Part shown: one piece after another, positions 1-10,710 of the stretch | Layout: every line of letters starts with the position of its first letter | How positions within the stretch are numbered: position 1 is the stretch's first letter | Source of the DNA: Anaerolineales bacterium | Lineage (GTDB): Bacteria; Chloroflexota; Anaerolineae; Anaerolineales; E44-bin32 | Assembly: GCA_034430395.1 (NCBI GenBank) | Contig: DAOUEQ010000008.1 | Location: 7,581 to 71,580, forward strand | Length of the DNA: 64,000 nt | Direction: 5' to 3' | Translations under genes and position numbers: made by a program | The notes under the pieces: model-generated | Seen by the model: only the letters and a program-made list of their open reading frames with translations | Databases searched by the model: none | Told to the model about the DNA's origin: nothing

Positions 1-1530
1 TGCCGCTGCTTCTGGTGTTCCATCGGCGACAATTACCTGCCCGGCGTGTTGACTATAGCCTATGCCGACGCCGCCTCCGTGATGGAATGACACCCAGGTC
101 GCACCACCTACGGCGTTAAGCATGGCGTTCAGCAGCGGCCAGTCGCTGACAGCATCCGTCCCGTCTAGCATTCCTTCTGTCTCTCGATTGGGTGAAGCGA
201 CAGAGCCTGCATCGAGGTGGTCGCGCCCGATAACGATCGGTGCTTTCAACTCGCCGCTGGCAACCATCTCATTGAAGCGTAGACCGGCCTTCACCCTTTC
301 TCCGTAGCCCAACCAGCAGATGCGTGCTGGCAATCCCTGGAAGTGGATCTGCTCGCGCGCCATTTTAAGCCAGCGAAGCAGGTGTTCATTGTCTGGGAAG
401 AGTTCAGCAACGGCTTCATCTGTACGGTAGATATCCTCCGGGTCACCAGAGAGAGCTACCCAGCGGAAAGGACCTTTCCCAAGGCAGAACAGGGGTCGAA
501 CGTATGCTGGGACGAAGCCAGGGAAATCGAAAGCATCCCGCACCCCGTGGTCGAACGCACGTTGGCGCAGGTTGTTGCCATAGTCGAAGACTTCTGCACC
601 GCTGCGTTGAAAAGCTAGCATGGCTTCGACATGCCGGGCCATGGATGTCATGGCTTGGCGGGCGTATGCTTCGCGATCGTTCTCGCGCAGCTCGTTGGCC
701 TCCTCGAGTGTCAGACCGTGAGGGATATAGTCGTAGACGTCATGAGCAGGTGTTTGATCGGTCACGATGTCCGGTGTGATACCTCGCTGCAAGAGCTCGG
801 GGAAGATATCGGCCGCGTTTCCAATCAGACCGATCGACCGAGGTTCATTGTTCTTAAGAGCCTCTTCGACGAGTGTCATCGCCTCCTCAAGTTCATTCAC
901 AACATGCTCTACGTACCCATGTTCGAGACGGCGCATTGCTCGCTCCGGATCGATCTCAATGATCAGGCCAATGCCCTCATTCATTGTGATCGCCAAGGGT
1001 TGGGCACCGCCCATTCCACCCAGGCCAGCGGTGAGGACGAATTTGCCGCGCAGTGAAGGCCAACCGTTCAGGCGCGCCAGGGATCCGAGTGTCTCATAGG
1101 TCCCCTGGAGGATGCCTTGTGTGCCAATGTAAATCCAAGAGCCGGCGGTCATCTGACCGTACATAATCAAACCCTTCGAGGCTAGTTCGTCGAAGTGCTC
1201 CTGGGTGGCCCAATGAGGTACGAGGTTTGAGTTGGCGAGCAGTACCCGTGGGGCATCGGTATGGGTCGTGAAAACTGCGACCGGCTTGCCGGATTGCACA
1301 AGCAGGGTTTCATCATTTTCTAGCTGCTTAAGCGATTCCAGGATTGCATCGAAACAGTCCCAGTCACGAGCTGCTTGCCCTCGCCCTCCGTAAACCACTA
1401 GATCATCGGGTTTCTCCGCGACCTCAGGATCCAGATTGTTTTGGATCATGCGGTAGGCAGCTTCTGTGAGCCAAGATTTGCAGGTGAGTTCTGTGCCCCG
1501 CGGGGCTCGTACCGATCGCGATTGAGACAT
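1..1530 (-). CDS. hutU: urocanate hydratase (urocanase); C-terminus lies beyond the window start
   Basis: Absent from the ORF track because it runs off the window edge. Manual reverse-complement translation from the ATG (rc of cat 1528-1530, GGAGG a few nt upstream) gives [58 protein letters not shown]...[12 protein letters not shown]...[25 protein letters not shown]. This matches the conserved urocanase N-terminal region I know from Bacillus HutU. The + strand ORFs at 122-1099 are its shadows. Confidence 0.9.
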   Translation of the reverse strand, partial: MSQSRSVRAPRGTELTCKSWLTEAAYRMIQNNLDPEVAEKPDDLVVYGGRGQAARDWDCFDAILESLKQLENDETLLVQSGKPVAVFTTHTDAPRVLLANSNLVPHWATQEHFDELASKGLIMYGQMTAGSWIYIGTQGILQGTYETLGSLARLNGWPSLRGKFVLTAGLGGMGGAQPLAITMNEGIGLIIEIDPERAMRRLEHGYVEHVVNELEEAMTLVEEALKNNEPRSIGLIGNAADIFPELLQRGITPDIVTDQTPAHDVYDYIPHGLTLEEANELRENDREAYARQAMTSMARHVEAMLAFQRSGAEVFDYGNNLRQRAFDHGVRDAFDFPGFVPAYVRPLFCLGKGPFRWVALSGDPEDIYRTDEAVAELFPDNEHLLRWLKMAREQIHFQGLPARICWLGYGERVKAGLRFNEMVASGELKAPIVIGRDHLDAGSVASPNRETEGMLDGTDAVSDWPLLNAMLNAVGGATWVSFHHGGGVGIGYSQHAGQVIVADGTPEAAA

Positions 1531-1664
1531 TTTCGCCTCCATTCTTGCAAGTTCAAATTTCGTTATGTTTAAGATTTACCCTGGGCCTAGAATCGATGAC
1601 CGGACAATGAATATGGGAAGTATATTTTGGGATGATAAGCACCTTATGTCTGGTGGTAAATAAG

Positions 1665-2207
1665 TTACCAATCTAGTATTTCTTGGATGTCGTCAGGCCA
1701 ACATTCTAGGTGGGTGACCTCTCCGTAATTCTTTCGCCCACCGACTTTCGCTTTTTCGGTCATTTGTTCAGGATGGGCAGGATAGCCAAAGGATAGTGTG
1801 ACATGAAGATGCCAATCCTTGGGTAATCCGAGGAGTGCCCTGGCTGCCTCCGGTTGATAAATCGTTGCCAGGCATGAGCCCACACCAAGCTCCCAGGCGG
1901 CGAGTTGCATATAGGCAGATGCCTGCCCTGCATCGAACATGATGGACCAGCGCAGGTTCGGATCTGGGGTGACGATCGCTAGACCCATAGCAGCCCCTGC
2001 CAGATGTCCGGCATAGGTGCCTAATTCAGACAGTTTTGTGAGAGTCTCACGTTCGCGGATGATGATGAAGTGCCAGGGTTGTCGGTTCTTCGCCGATTGT
2101 GCTCTACGTCCAGCGTTGACGATCTTGCGCACGATATCTTGAGGAAGAGGCTCATCGCTGAATTTGCGAATTGCGCGTTTGATACGGATTGCATCATGGA
2201 CGTTCAT
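1665..2207 (-). CDS. nitroreductase-family flavoprotein
   Basis: 180-aa ORF with GGGAGGA before the ATG. The sequence looks like the nitroreductase fold (AIRKF..EPLP, RRAQSAKNRQPWHF, GYP near the C-terminus). It lies co-directionally about 160 bp downstream of the Rrf2 regulator. Confidence 0.75.
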   Translation of the reverse strand: MNVHDAIRIKRAIRKFSDEPLPQDIVRKIVNAGRRAQSAKNRQPWHFIIIRERETLTKLSELGTYAGHLAGAAMGLAIVTPDPNLRWSIMFDAGQASAYMQLAAWELGVGSCLATIYQPEAARALLGLPKDWHLHVTLSFGYPAHPEQMTEKAKVGGRKNYGEVTHLECWPDDIQEILDW

Positions 2208-2366
2208 ACCGTCCTCCCAAAATTGTCAGATGCAATTATACGGCTCAATTGAACGGCCATCCAATCTGGGTAACAGATAAAACCCGACACATTGTGCGCC
2301 GGGTCATCAGGGTTGGACTCGAAAGGAGCTGCTAATACTCTAAGGTTTGATATTGCAGGGCTCTGC

Positions 2367-2768
2367 TCATTGAAGGGTCAAAGCGGCGAAGGTTGTGCCG
2401 CCAAGCGTTTTAGCCAGCGCTCCCTGCGCGTTGCACCATACATCCCGGACCGGACAGTCATCACCAAATACGCATGCATTTGTATCGTGGACGCACTCGT
2501 TCAGCATGATCGGGCCATCAATGGCTTCGACCACTTCAAGCAGTGAGATTTTGTCTGAAGAGCGAGCAAGGGATACGCCCCCACGGGCACCGCGCGAAGT
2601 CTGGACGACACCGGCAACTGAAAGCTGCGAGACGATCTTCGCCAGGAATGACGGTGGGATGTGCTGTTCCTGAGCGATTTCACTCGTTGGCGCCCGTCGT
2701 CCGTTATCCAGACCAGAAAGGTAAAGCACCGCGCGGACTGCGTAGTCCGCCTGACGTGTAATCTGCAT
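2367..2768 (-). CDS. Rrf2-family transcriptional regulator (IscR/NsrR-like)
   Basis: MQITRQADYAVRAVLYL... is the Rrf2 winged-helix N-terminus. A three-Cys cluster (CVHDTNACVFGDDCPVRDVW) is typical of Fe-S-binding Rrf2 members. GGAGG SD precedes the ATG. Confidence 0.85.
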   Translation of the reverse strand: MQITRQADYAVRAVLYLSGLDNGRRAPTSEIAQEQHIPPSFLAKIVSQLSVAGVVQTSRGARGGVSLARSSDKISLLEVVEAIDGPIMLNECVHDTNACVFGDDCPVRDVWCNAQGALAKTLGGTTFAALTLQ

Positions 2769-2788
2769 TCTATATCCTCCAATTCGAC

Positions 2789-2824
2789 CTAGATACTCTA
2801 ACCATCAGGGTAGGAGTTGTCTAG
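2789..2824 (-). promoter_or_regulatory. putative promoter of the Rrf2-nitroreductase operon, overlapped by an imperfect palindrome (candidate Rrf2 operator)
   Basis: On the minus strand: TAGACA (rc 2818-2823), N17, TAGAGT (rc 2795-2800), with TG at the extended -10 position. The 36-bp stretch CTAGAtACTC...GAGTtgTCTAG (2789-2824) is an imperfect inverted repeat covering both hexamers. Called from consensus only. Confidence 0.4.
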
Positions 2825-2908
2825 TTATAAAAGTGTACGATGGGGGCTCCAAAAGGAACAAGTGCATTGTGTCACAAGGCCTGTATGACCTTTTACGATA
2901 GGATATGG

Positions 2909-2936
2909 TTGCTTTGAAAACCAGCCATGGTATGAT
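2909..2936 (+). promoter_or_regulatory. possible ugd operon promoter
   Basis: TTGCTT (2909-2914), N16, TATGAT (2931-2936), preceded by TGg (extended -10). It lies about 48 nt upstream of the GTG start. Weak consensus match only. Confidence 0.3.
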
Positions 2937-2983
2937 TGCGCCAGTGCACATTTTATTCATGATTTTTAGTTAAAGGAGGACCT

Positions 2984-4306
2984 GTGAAGCACATCGCTGT
3001 CGTGGGTGTTGGATATGTGGGTTTAGTAAGCGCCGCGGGTTTTGCTGATCTTGGCAATCGCGTTATCGCTCTTGATATCAATGAAGAGCGGATTAATGGC
3101 CTTAAGAAAGGGATCATGCCGATCTACGAGCCCGGCCTGGAGGAGATGGTCGAACGCAATGTCGCTTCGGAGCGATTGTCCTTTACAACTTCATACACGG
3201 AAGCGATTAAAGGGGCGGATTTTGTCTTTATAGCCGTCGGAACACCATCCGGCGTTGATGGTGAAGCTGATTTGAAATACGTTAAGTCGGCTGCAGAGTC
3301 AGTCGCGCAAGCGATGGATGCTCCCCTCATTATTGTCAACAAATCCACGGTTCCCGTCGGGACGGGCGACTGGGTCGCGGAGATCATCCGCAACAGCCAG
3401 CCTAAGCCGATTCCATTTTCTGTTGTATCTTGCCCTGAGTTCCTGCGAGAAGGATCGGCGATACTCGACTTCATGAATCCTGCGCGGACAGTCCTCGGAT
3501 CCCAGGATTATGAAGCGGCTGACAAAGTCGCTCAGCTGCATCTACCTCTACGGGCGCCGATCATGATCACCAACCTACGTACAGCAGAGATGGTCAAATA
3601 CGCGTCGAATGCATTCCTGGCCACGCGCATCTCCTTCATCAATGAAATCGCAAATATCTGCGAGGCGTTAGGCGCCGATGTCAAAGAAGTAAGCACCGGC
3701 ATGGGCTATGATGCCCGCATTGGTCCCTATTTCTTGGATGCCGGTCTTGGGTATGGCGGGTCTTGTTTCCCAAAGGATGTGAAGGCTCTTGCGCATATGG
3801 CGGATGAGAAAGGACGTCACCCGCAGATCCTTCAAGCCGTCATGGATATTAACGATGATCGGCGCCGATTGCTCGTTGAAAAAATCCGAGAAGGAGTGGG
3901 AGATTTCGAAGGGAAAGTAATCGGGATTCTGGGGCTTACATTCAAACCCAATACCGACGATCTCCGTGAGGCACCAGCGCTCGATATTGCGAAGCGGTTG
4001 CTCGAAGGTGGCGCTAAGGTCAGCGCGTACGACCCGGTGGGAATGCCCGGTGCCGCTAAGCTAATGCCCGAGATCGATATGGTGGAGGATCCCTACGCTT
4101 TGGCTGAAGCCTCCGACGCGTTGGTTATTTGCACTGAATGGAATGAATTCAAGCAGCTAGATTTACAACGGATTAAAGATCTTCTACGCAACCCGATCGT
4201 CATCGATGGTCGCAACATCTATGAGCCTCATGAGATGGCGCAACTGGGGTTTACCTATCTTGCGGTGGGCCGAGGGTATCACGGCGGTAAACCAATAAAT
4301 GGTTGA
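2984..4306 (+). CDS. ugd: UDP-glucose 6-dehydrogenase
   Basis: 440 aa with a GTG start after AAAGGAGGA. N-terminal Rossmann motif [15 protein letters not shown], catalytic-Cys motif [11 protein letters not shown], and C-terminal UDP-binding domain. Confidence 0.88.
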   Translation: MKHIAVVGVGYVGLVSAAGFADLGNRVIALDINEERINGLKKGIMPIYEPGLEEMVERNVASERLSFTTSYTEAIKGADFVFIAVGTPSGVDGEADLKYVKSAAESVAQAMDAPLIIVNKSTVPVGTGDWVAEIIRNSQPKPIPFSVVSCPEFLREGSAILDFMNPARTVLGSQDYEAADKVAQLHLPLRAPIMITNLRTAEMVKYASNAFLATRISFINEIANICEALGADVKEVSTGMGYDARIGPYFLDAGLGYGGSCFPKDVKALAHMADEKGRHPQILQAVMDINDDRRRLLVEKIREGVGDFEGKVIGILGLTFKPNTDDLREAPALDIAKRLLEGGAKVSAYDPVGMPGAAKLMPEIDMVEDPYALAEASDALVICTEWNEFKQLDLQRIKDLLRNPIVIDGRNIYEPHEMAQLGFTYLAVGRGYHGGKPING

Positions 4307-4314
4307 ACTCTCCC

Positions 4315-5601
4315 ATGAGTGATGCGCCCAAGCCCACCCTCGTTACACGTCTTCGTAACGGTCTTGAGGTACGCCTTAAAGAGATTCATACCGCACATCT
4401 GACAACCTGCTGGATCTGGTACCGAGTAGGATCGCGCAATGAAATCCCCGGGACGACTGGGATTTCCCACTGGGTCGAACATATGCAATTCAAGGGAACC
4501 CCCACCTTCCCAGCCGGGGTATTAGATCGCGCCATTTCACGCACCGGGGGTGTTTGGAATGCCTTCACCTGGCTAGATTGGACAGCATATCTTGAGACGT
4601 TGCCCGCAGACAGCATCAGACTAGCCCTTGATCTTGAAGCCGATCGTATGGAGAACAGCCTTTTCGATGTAAATGAAGTAGAGGCGGAACGGGCCGTGAT
4701 CATCGCTGAACGCCAGGGGCATGAGAACGAGCCTACATTCCGTCTGGCGGAGGAAGTCCAGGCAGCCTCCTTCCGGGTCCATAGCTATCACCATGAAGTA
4801 ATCGGGGATATGGTGGACTTGCAGTCGATGACGCGTGACGACCTCTATACGCATTACCGTCAATACTATATTCCCAGCAATGCAGTCCTGGCCATTGCCG
4901 GAGACTTCAACACCCGTCGAATGCTGGACCAGGTTAGAGAGATCTTTGGTCCGTTACCAAAGGTTCAGGCGCCGCAGCAGATGTCAAGGGAAGAACCCTC
5001 CCAGAGAGGGGAGCGGGTTGTAAATGTCAGTGGACCCGGTGAAACGCCTTATCTGAAAATTGCCTATCATGCTCCAGCGGCAAATGACGAAGATTTCCTC
5101 CCGATGAACGTTCTGGGCAGTGTGCTGGCAGGGGCATCCAGTTTTAATTTCTTCGCTGGAGGGATATCTAATAAAACATCGCGCCTTTATCGTGCGCTCG
5201 TTGACGGCGAAGTTGCGGCATCCGTTCAGGGAGGTCTGGCCGCATCAATCGACCCTTACCTCTATAACATCCACATCACGGTGCGCCCAGATCGGACGCC
5301 GGAGCAGGCGCTTGCCGTGCTAGATCAGGAGATGGCCCGTACTCTCGAAGCGCCGATCGATGAAGATGAGTTGTCAAAAGCGATCAAACAAGCGCGCGCT
5401 CTTTTTGCTTACAGCAGCGAAAGCATCACCAATCAGGGGTTCTGGCTGGGGTTTAGTGAGATGTTTGCTGATAGTTCATGGTACGAGAGCTATCTAGACC
5501 GCCTGACAGAGGTAACCCCCGAGATGGCGTGGGAAATCGCCAAAAAATATCTCGTAGACTCCAATCGCATTGTTGGATTCTACCGTCCTAATTCGAGCTG
5601 A
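4315..5601 (+). CDS. M16 (pitrilysin) family zinc peptidase, active subunit
   Basis: Inverted zinc motif HxxEH is present (GISHWVEHMQFKG), with a downstream Glu (ERAVIIAERQ). The ORF track starts at TTG 4303, overlapping the ugd stop. I prefer ATG 4315 (MSDAPKP...); the start is uncertain. Confidence 0.85.
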   Translation: MSDAPKPTLVTRLRNGLEVRLKEIHTAHLTTCWIWYRVGSRNEIPGTTGISHWVEHMQFKGTPTFPAGVLDRAISRTGGVWNAFTWLDWTAYLETLPADSIRLALDLEADRMENSLFDVNEVEAERAVIIAERQGHENEPTFRLAEEVQAASFRVHSYHHEVIGDMVDLQSMTRDDLYTHYRQYYIPSNAVLAIAGDFNTRRMLDQVREIFGPLPKVQAPQQMSREEPSQRGERVVNVSGPGETPYLKIAYHAPAANDEDFLPMNVLGSVLAGASSFNFFAGGISNKTSRLYRALVDGEVAASVQGGLAASIDPYLYNIHITVRPDRTPEQALAVLDQEMARTLEAPIDEDELSKAIKQARALFAYSSESITNQGFWLGFSEMFADSSWYESYLDRLTEVTPEMAWEIAKKYLVDSNRIVGFYRPNSS

Positions 5602-5604
5602 GTC

Positions 5605-6915
5605 ATGCCTAAAGAAACACCAAAACTGCCAAAGCTTGACCTTGCTGCTCTACCTGGGCCGGAAACCATCCGCAGGGAAGAATTAACAAACGGTGTTGTG
5701 GTGCTCATACGGGAGAATTTCTCCAGCCCTTCTGTTGTACTCTCCGGTTACCTTCCGGTAGGCGCGCTTGCGAACACAGCAGATACCGCTGGGTTGGCTC
5801 ATATAACAGCAATCGCCATGACCCGTGGTACACGAACCCGCTCCTTTCAACAGATTTTCGAATCTATAGAATCCATCGGCGCACGCTTGTCGCTGTATGG
5901 TGGGACACACACCACAGCTTTTCAAGGGAAGGCGCTTACAGAAGATCTCGGTCTGTTGTTGGAACTGTTAGCCGATGTCCTGCAGAATCCATCCTTCCCA
6001 AAAGCGGAATTTGACCGGCTGCGAGCCCAGCAACTCACCGCGCTGGCGATTCGTGAACAGGATACTAGGGCACGGGCACAGATGGCGTTTGACACACTGG
6101 TGTACCGTGATCACCCTTATAGGCTGTCGACGGACGGTTATGTAGAGACAATCAGCGAGTTGACATGCTCCGATCTGCGAAGATTCCATAGCGATTATTT
6201 CAGCCCCTCTGGTCTAGTGATAACAATCGTTGGGGGAGTAAAAGCGGAAAGGGTTTTAGACCTCGTAACATCTACGCTCGGTCAGTGGAAAACGAAGCAG
6301 CGACAGGAGATGCCTGATCTGCCGAAACTGAAACCATTGAAGAAATCCAGGAGAGTAGTCGTTCGACTTGAAGAAAAGGCACAGAGTGATCTGGTGATCG
6401 GAGCCGCTGGACCAAGTCGATACGATGAAGGCTATTTGGCGGCTGCGATGGGGAATAGCATCCTCGGGCGTTTCGGTCTAATGGGGAGAATTGGTGAGGC
6501 GGTGCGTGTCAGCGCAGGATTGGCGTATTATGCATACAGTTCAATCTCGGGTGGGCCGGGTCCTGGTCCCTGGCAGGTGGTTGCCGGAGTAAATCCGAAA
6601 GACGAGGATCGGGCGGTCGAGATTGTCCAGAATGAGATCAAGCGTTTCACGTCTCACAGTGTGAGTGAGGAAGAGTTGTTCGCGAACAAGGCTAATTTTA
6701 TTGGTCGTCTTCCTATGCAACTTGAGTCAAACGAGGGAGTTGCAGGGGCGATCTCGCATCTTGAACGTTATGGTTTGGGGCTGGATTACTATCAACGCTA
6801 TCAGGATCTGGTCGCAGCGATAACTTGTGATCAGGTTTTGGCTATGGGAGAGCGCTATCTCGACCTTGAACGGCTTGCAGTCGCAATCGCGGGTCCGGAT
6901 GGGGGTGGTGTGTGA
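5605..6915 (+). CDS. M16 family peptidase, non-catalytic partner subunit
   Basis: 436 aa and M16-like throughout, but the HxxEH position reads GLAHITAIAM, so there is no zinc motif. It starts 3 nt after the preceding M16 gene. This is the usual active/inactive heterodimer arrangement. Confidence 0.8.
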   Translation: MPKETPKLPKLDLAALPGPETIRREELTNGVVVLIRENFSSPSVVLSGYLPVGALANTADTAGLAHITAIAMTRGTRTRSFQQIFESIESIGARLSLYGGTHTTAFQGKALTEDLGLLLELLADVLQNPSFPKAEFDRLRAQQLTALAIREQDTRARAQMAFDTLVYRDHPYRLSTDGYVETISELTCSDLRRFHSDYFSPSGLVITIVGGVKAERVLDLVTSTLGQWKTKQRQEMPDLPKLKPLKKSRRVVVRLEEKAQSDLVIGAAGPSRYDEGYLAAAMGNSILGRFGLMGRIGEAVRVSAGLAYYAYSSISGGPGPGPWQVVAGVNPKDEDRAVEIVQNEIKRFTSHSVSEEELFANKANFIGRLPMQLESNEGVAGAISHLERYGLGLDYYQRYQDLVAAITCDQVLAMGERYLDLERLAVAIAGPDGGGV

Positions 6916-7289
6916 TACTAGTCTCCTCCGGCGTAGACATTGTCGAGGTCGAGCGCATCGACCGCGCCATCATACGCCATGGTCAGCGCTTCTTTCAACG
7001 CTTGTATACATCCAAAGAATTGGTTGATTCAGGAGGGCGCACACCGGCACTGGCGGCTCGCTTTGCAGCGAAGGAAGCAGTAGCGAAGGCGCTTGGCACC
7101 GGCATCGGTGATGTTGGCTGGACAGAGATAGAGATCATCAGCGGATCACATAAAGAGCCGATGCTTCACCTGTCCGGTCGTGCCGAAGAGATAGCCCGTG
7201 AATTAAGGATCACCGCCTGGTCGATTAGCTTGAGTCACACACATGAACACGCAATTGCAGTCGCTATTGCCCTACGGCAAGCCTCATAA
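6912..7289 (+). CDS. acpS: holo-[acyl-carrier-protein] synthase
   Basis: 125 aa. Contains GVDIVEVERI and FAAKEAVAKALGTG, the AcpS 4'-phosphopantetheinyl transferase signature. The GTG start overlaps the upstream stop. Confidence 0.88.
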   Translation: MILVSSGVDIVEVERIDRAIIRHGQRFFQRLYTSKELVDSGGRTPALAARFAAKEAVAKALGTGIGDVGWTEIEIISGSHKEPMLHLSGRAEEIARELRITAWSISLSHTHEHAIAVAIALRQAS

Positions 7290-7313
7290 GCATTTATAAC
7301 GGGGAGTTATCGG

Positions 7314-7715
7314 GTGATGGAAACTCAGGGAATCGCCGTTGGAAATCGCATCGAGGATTCACAGCAGGTTACCCTTGAGCGGGTCGCATCGCATCTAGGG
7401 AGCGGCTCACTTCAAGTGTACGCAACGCCAGCGATGGTCACTTTCGTAGAACAGACATGCCGGAAGCTTGTTGAACCTCACTTACCCGAGGGGAAGACAA
7501 CAGTGGGGATTGCCCTTACCGTACGCCATATCGCCCCAACCCCCTTGGGGGGAAAAGTTTCCATCCAAGCGGAGATTGTCCTGATCGAGAAGAACGTGAT
7601 TTCATTCCAGACTGAAATCTGGGATGAGGTGGAGAAAATCGGTGAAGTGGCACATGAACGTGCAGTGATCGAGATAGACCGCTTCACTGCACGCGTGCAG
7701 CAGAAATCCCATTAA
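7314..7715 (+). CDS. hotdog-fold thioesterase (FlK-like family)
   Basis: 133 aa with the hotdog-fold pattern (LQVYATPAMVTFVEQTC...GIALTVRHIAPTPLG). GGGGAG SD lies upstream. The start is GTG 7314 or ATG 7317. It follows acpS in the same operon. Confidence 0.65.
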   Translation: MMETQGIAVGNRIEDSQQVTLERVASHLGSGSLQVYATPAMVTFVEQTCRKLVEPHLPEGKTTVGIALTVRHIAPTPLGGKVSIQAEIVLIEKNVISFQTEIWDEVEKIGEVAHERAVIEIDRFTARVQQKSH

Positions 7716-7868
7716 ACCGCAATTTTGAATACGAGATCATCCAATCGTTCGATCAAGCTTTCATGGTTTTCCTTTGAAGGATCTTGCATCGTCATCTAGC
7801 ACACCTCAGGTTGTACATCAACTTGATTACTTGACTGGCCTGTACATTGAATGAGCAATTTTCGCTCT

Positions 7869-7897
7869 TTGACGAAGGTTCACGCCCGTGATATACT
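7869..7897 (+). promoter_or_regulatory. rpsB-tsf operon promoter
   Basis: TTGACG (7869-7874), N17, TATACT (7892-7897). This leaves a roughly 150-nt leader before the rpsB ATG at 8056. Confidence 0.5.
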
Positions 7898-8055
7898 CTC
7901 CTTCGGTCCCGCCTGATCATGAATCCGGGCGGGAATAATTCTGCCCAATGCGGGCAAATACGCACGCCTCAGGAGTACGCCGGGCGTGCCGGTGGGCCAA
8001 CTGGTTCCGGCGTAGAATGAATGAGGCGGAGGTTTAACGCATAGGAGGTTACCTC

Positions 8056-9114
8056 ATGGCCGTTGTTAGTATGAAAGCCCTGCTTGAAACAGGGGTCCAC
8101 TTCGGTCACCGAACTCGGAAGTGGAATCCAAAGATGAAGTCGTACATCTTTACCGAGCGAAACGGCATCCACATTATTGATCTTCAACAGACTTTAGAAG
8201 CGCTCGAAGTGGCTTACGCTGTCATTCGAGATATCGTCGCCGGGGGCGGAGGTATTCTCTTTGTAGGCACGAAGCGGCAAGCGCAGGAGACAATCGAATT
8301 GGAGGCGGTGCGTTGTGGCATGCCCTATGTCAACTTGCGTTGGCTGGGGGGTACGCTTACGAATTGGTTGACGATCCGCAGCCGGATTGACGAACTCGAA
8401 CGGTTAGAGCGCCGTAGGGACGCGGGCGAATTTGAGCTTCTCACGAAGAAAGAAGCGCTAAGTCTTACGCGGAGGATTGACAAATTGGAAGCCCGACTGG
8501 GCGGAATTCGCGAGATGCGAACCCCACCAAAGGGGCTTTTCGCTGTCGATGTCCGCCAGGAGAGCACCGCTATTCACGAAGCTAACCTGCTAGACATCCC
8601 CGTTTTTGCATTGGTCGACACCAATTGTGATCCGAGTGTCATTGACTATGTTATCCCTTCAAACGACGATGCGATCCGCGCGATCAAGCTGCTTACTTCT
8701 AAGGTTGCCGACGCTGTCCTCGAAGGCAAGGCGATGCGTAAAGATGATGAGGAAGAGCAAGTCGCCGATGCGGGTAAAGCTCTGCCCGCTGAAGAATACG
8801 AAATGAGCGATGAAGAACTATTGGGAGAAGCCACACTGGCGAAGATCCAAAGCGGAGCCTTCGGAGATAAAGCAAAGGACGAAGAAGAACTCGAGAAGAA
8901 AGAGGTTTCCGAGGAACAGGATACCACCGAAGTATTTGAGACAACTGAGGAACTCGAGAACGTTGAAGGTCCTGAATCAGATGAAGAATCTGAAGCGACG
9001 GAAGAGCCTGAAACAATAGAAGAGTCCGATGTGACGGAAGAGGATGAAACGGCTGAAGAGTCTGAGGAAATTGAAGCCGAGAGCGCAGGGGACGAGGAGA
9101 AAACAGAAGAATGA
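8056..9114 (+). CDS. rpsB: 30S ribosomal protein S2 with a long acidic C-terminal extension
   Basis: [27 protein letters not shown]... is canonical S2. GGAGG SD is present. The protein is 352 aa, and the last ~110 aa are Glu/Asp/Ser/Thr-rich. The stop overlaps the tsf ATG (ATGA). Confidence 0.95.
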   Translation: MAVVSMKALLETGVHFGHRTRKWNPKMKSYIFTERNGIHIIDLQQTLEALEVAYAVIRDIVAGGGGILFVGTKRQAQETIELEAVRCGMPYVNLRWLGGTLTNWLTIRSRIDELERLERRRDAGEFELLTKKEALSLTRRIDKLEARLGGIREMRTPPKGLFAVDVRQESTAIHEANLLDIPVFALVDTNCDPSVIDYVIPSNDDAIRAIKLLTSKVADAVLEGKAMRKDDEEEQVADAGKALPAEEYEMSDEELLGEATLAKIQSGAFGDKAKDEEELEKKEVSEEQDTTEVFETTEELENVEGPESDEESEATEEPETIEESDVTEEDETAEESEEIEAESAGDEEKTEE

Positions 9115-9713
9115 GCATTGCAGCGGGTGACGTAAAAGCACTGCGTGAAAAGACAGGCGCTGGAGTTCTTGATTGCAAGAAAGCTCTAGAAAAAACCAAC
9201 GGCGATATGGAGAAGGCGATCGTCCTTTTGCGTGAACAAGGATTGGCCGATGCAAAGAAACGCTCTGATCGCGAGACCCGCAACGGAAGGTTGGAGCTAT
9301 ACAGCCACGGGGATGGTAGAGTGGGGGTGATGGTGGAGGTCAATTGCGAGACGGACTTTGTCGCGCGCACAGATGCTTTCCGTGAATTTGCCCATGAGAT
9401 CGCCCTTCAGATTGCTGCATCAGCGCCGCAGTGGGTTCGGGAAGAAGATATCCCTGAAGAAGTCATCAAAGCTAAGCAGGAGATCGCACGCAAACACGCC
9501 CTGGGTGAGGGAAAGCCGGAGAAGGTCATTGATCGGATCATCGAAGGCAAGCTAAATAAATTCCTCGATGAAAAATGCCTCGTGCGTCAAGAATATATTC
9601 GGGATGATTCCAAGACTGTCGCTGATTTATTAAACGACACTATCGTGTCCACAGGTGAGAACATCACCTTACGACGGTTTGAACGATGGGAAATCGGCGA
9701 GGAACTAGCATAA
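9111..9713 (+). CDS. tsf: translation elongation factor Ts (short form)
   Basis: The UBA-like N-terminus [30 protein letters not shown] is diagnostic. 200 aa. Confidence 0.93.
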   Translation: MSIAAGDVKALREKTGAGVLDCKKALEKTNGDMEKAIVLLREQGLADAKKRSDRETRNGRLELYSHGDGRVGVMVEVNCETDFVARTDAFREFAHEIALQIAASAPQWVREEDIPEEVIKAKQEIARKHALGEGKPEKVIDRIIEGKLNKFLDEKCLVRQEYIRDDSKTVADLLNDTIVSTGENITLRRFERWEIGEELA

Positions 9714-9784
9714 TAATTCGGGCCAACAAATTGTTGGCCCGATTGCTTATGGCGATAATAACCAGGAATTGATGAGGGATAAAA

Positions 9785-10504
9785 ATGGCTGATCCTGTGT
9801 ACCAACGGATACTCCTCAAACTCGGCGGGGAAACTCTGGCGGGAGATGGCGGCATAGGCATTGATCCACGAAAGGCAGAGGATGTTGCTGCGCGCGTGGA
9901 AGACGTTCGCAAACTTGGTGTCCAGATTGCAATCGTCATAGGTGCGGGGAACCTCTGGCGCGGCCTGGAGGGGATCAAGCGCGGTATGGAACGGGCTACA
10001 GCTGACTACATGGGGATGCTTGGGACCGTGATGAACTCTCTAGCGCTCATGGATGCACTTGAGCGCGGTGGATCGGTAACTAGAGTAATGTCGGCCATAG
10101 AAATGCGCGCAGTGGCGGAGCCCTATATTCGCCGTCGCGCAATTCGCCACCTGGAAAAGGACCGAATAGTGATCCTCGGTGGAGGGACTGGAAATCCCTA
10201 TTTCTCCACCGATACTGCGGCTGCCTTGAGAGCGATGGAGATCGAAGCCGACATCGTGATCAAAGCTACGAAGGTCGACGGTGTCTATGATGCCGATCCG
10301 GAGAAAAAGCCGGATGCAAAACGCTTTGACCATATCACGTATATCGAAGCTCTCAGTCAGCGTTTAGAAGTCATGGACAGTACGGCAATCTCCCTTTGCA
10401 TGGACAATAGACTCCCAATCCTGGTTTTGGATATGTGGCAATCCGACAGCCTCACGAAAGCTGTTCTAGGTAAACCGGTAGGTACTGAAATCTCAGATAC
10501 TTAA
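9785..10504 (+). CDS. pyrH: UMP kinase
   Basis: [15 protein letters not shown]...[11 protein letters not shown]...[17 protein letters not shown] are PyrH signatures. Confidence 0.93.
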   Translation: MADPVYQRILLKLGGETLAGDGGIGIDPRKAEDVAARVEDVRKLGVQIAIVIGAGNLWRGLEGIKRGMERATADYMGMLGTVMNSLALMDALERGGSVTRVMSAIEMRAVAEPYIRRRAIRHLEKDRIVILGGGTGNPYFSTDTAAALRAMEIEADIVIKATKVDGVYDADPEKKPDAKRFDHITYIEALSQRLEVMDSTAISLCMDNRLPILVLDMWQSDSLTKAVLGKPVGTEISDT

Positions 10505-10710
10505 ATTCCCCAATTGTATTCGTTGTGCCGTGTGCTCTTTTTGGGGACAGCGGTTGGCGGCAAGAGGTGGGAAGGTATGTCTCTTTCCGGGCAATTGGCA
10601 TACGCGCTCCTTGAGATTCATGTAAGTAACCCTTTCACAAAAAAACCAAAATTGCGCTATCCTTATATAGAACCCACACTTAAGGTAAGGTCGATAAAAG
10701 GAGAGTATCT

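Noticed and set aside
122-1099. Five overlapping + strand ORFs (61-141 aa) at the left edge
   Set aside because: They lie antisense to an uninterrupted, strongly conserved hutU reading frame on the minus strand and have no recognisable motifs. They are shadow ORFs typical of GC-rich coding DNA.
8699-9370. 223-aa minus-strand ORF (and neighbours 8646-8927, 8977-9255) across the rpsB tail and tsf start
   Set aside because: It is a low-complexity S/L/P/R-rich translation produced by the complement of the GA-rich acidic-tail codons. It overlaps two certain genes.
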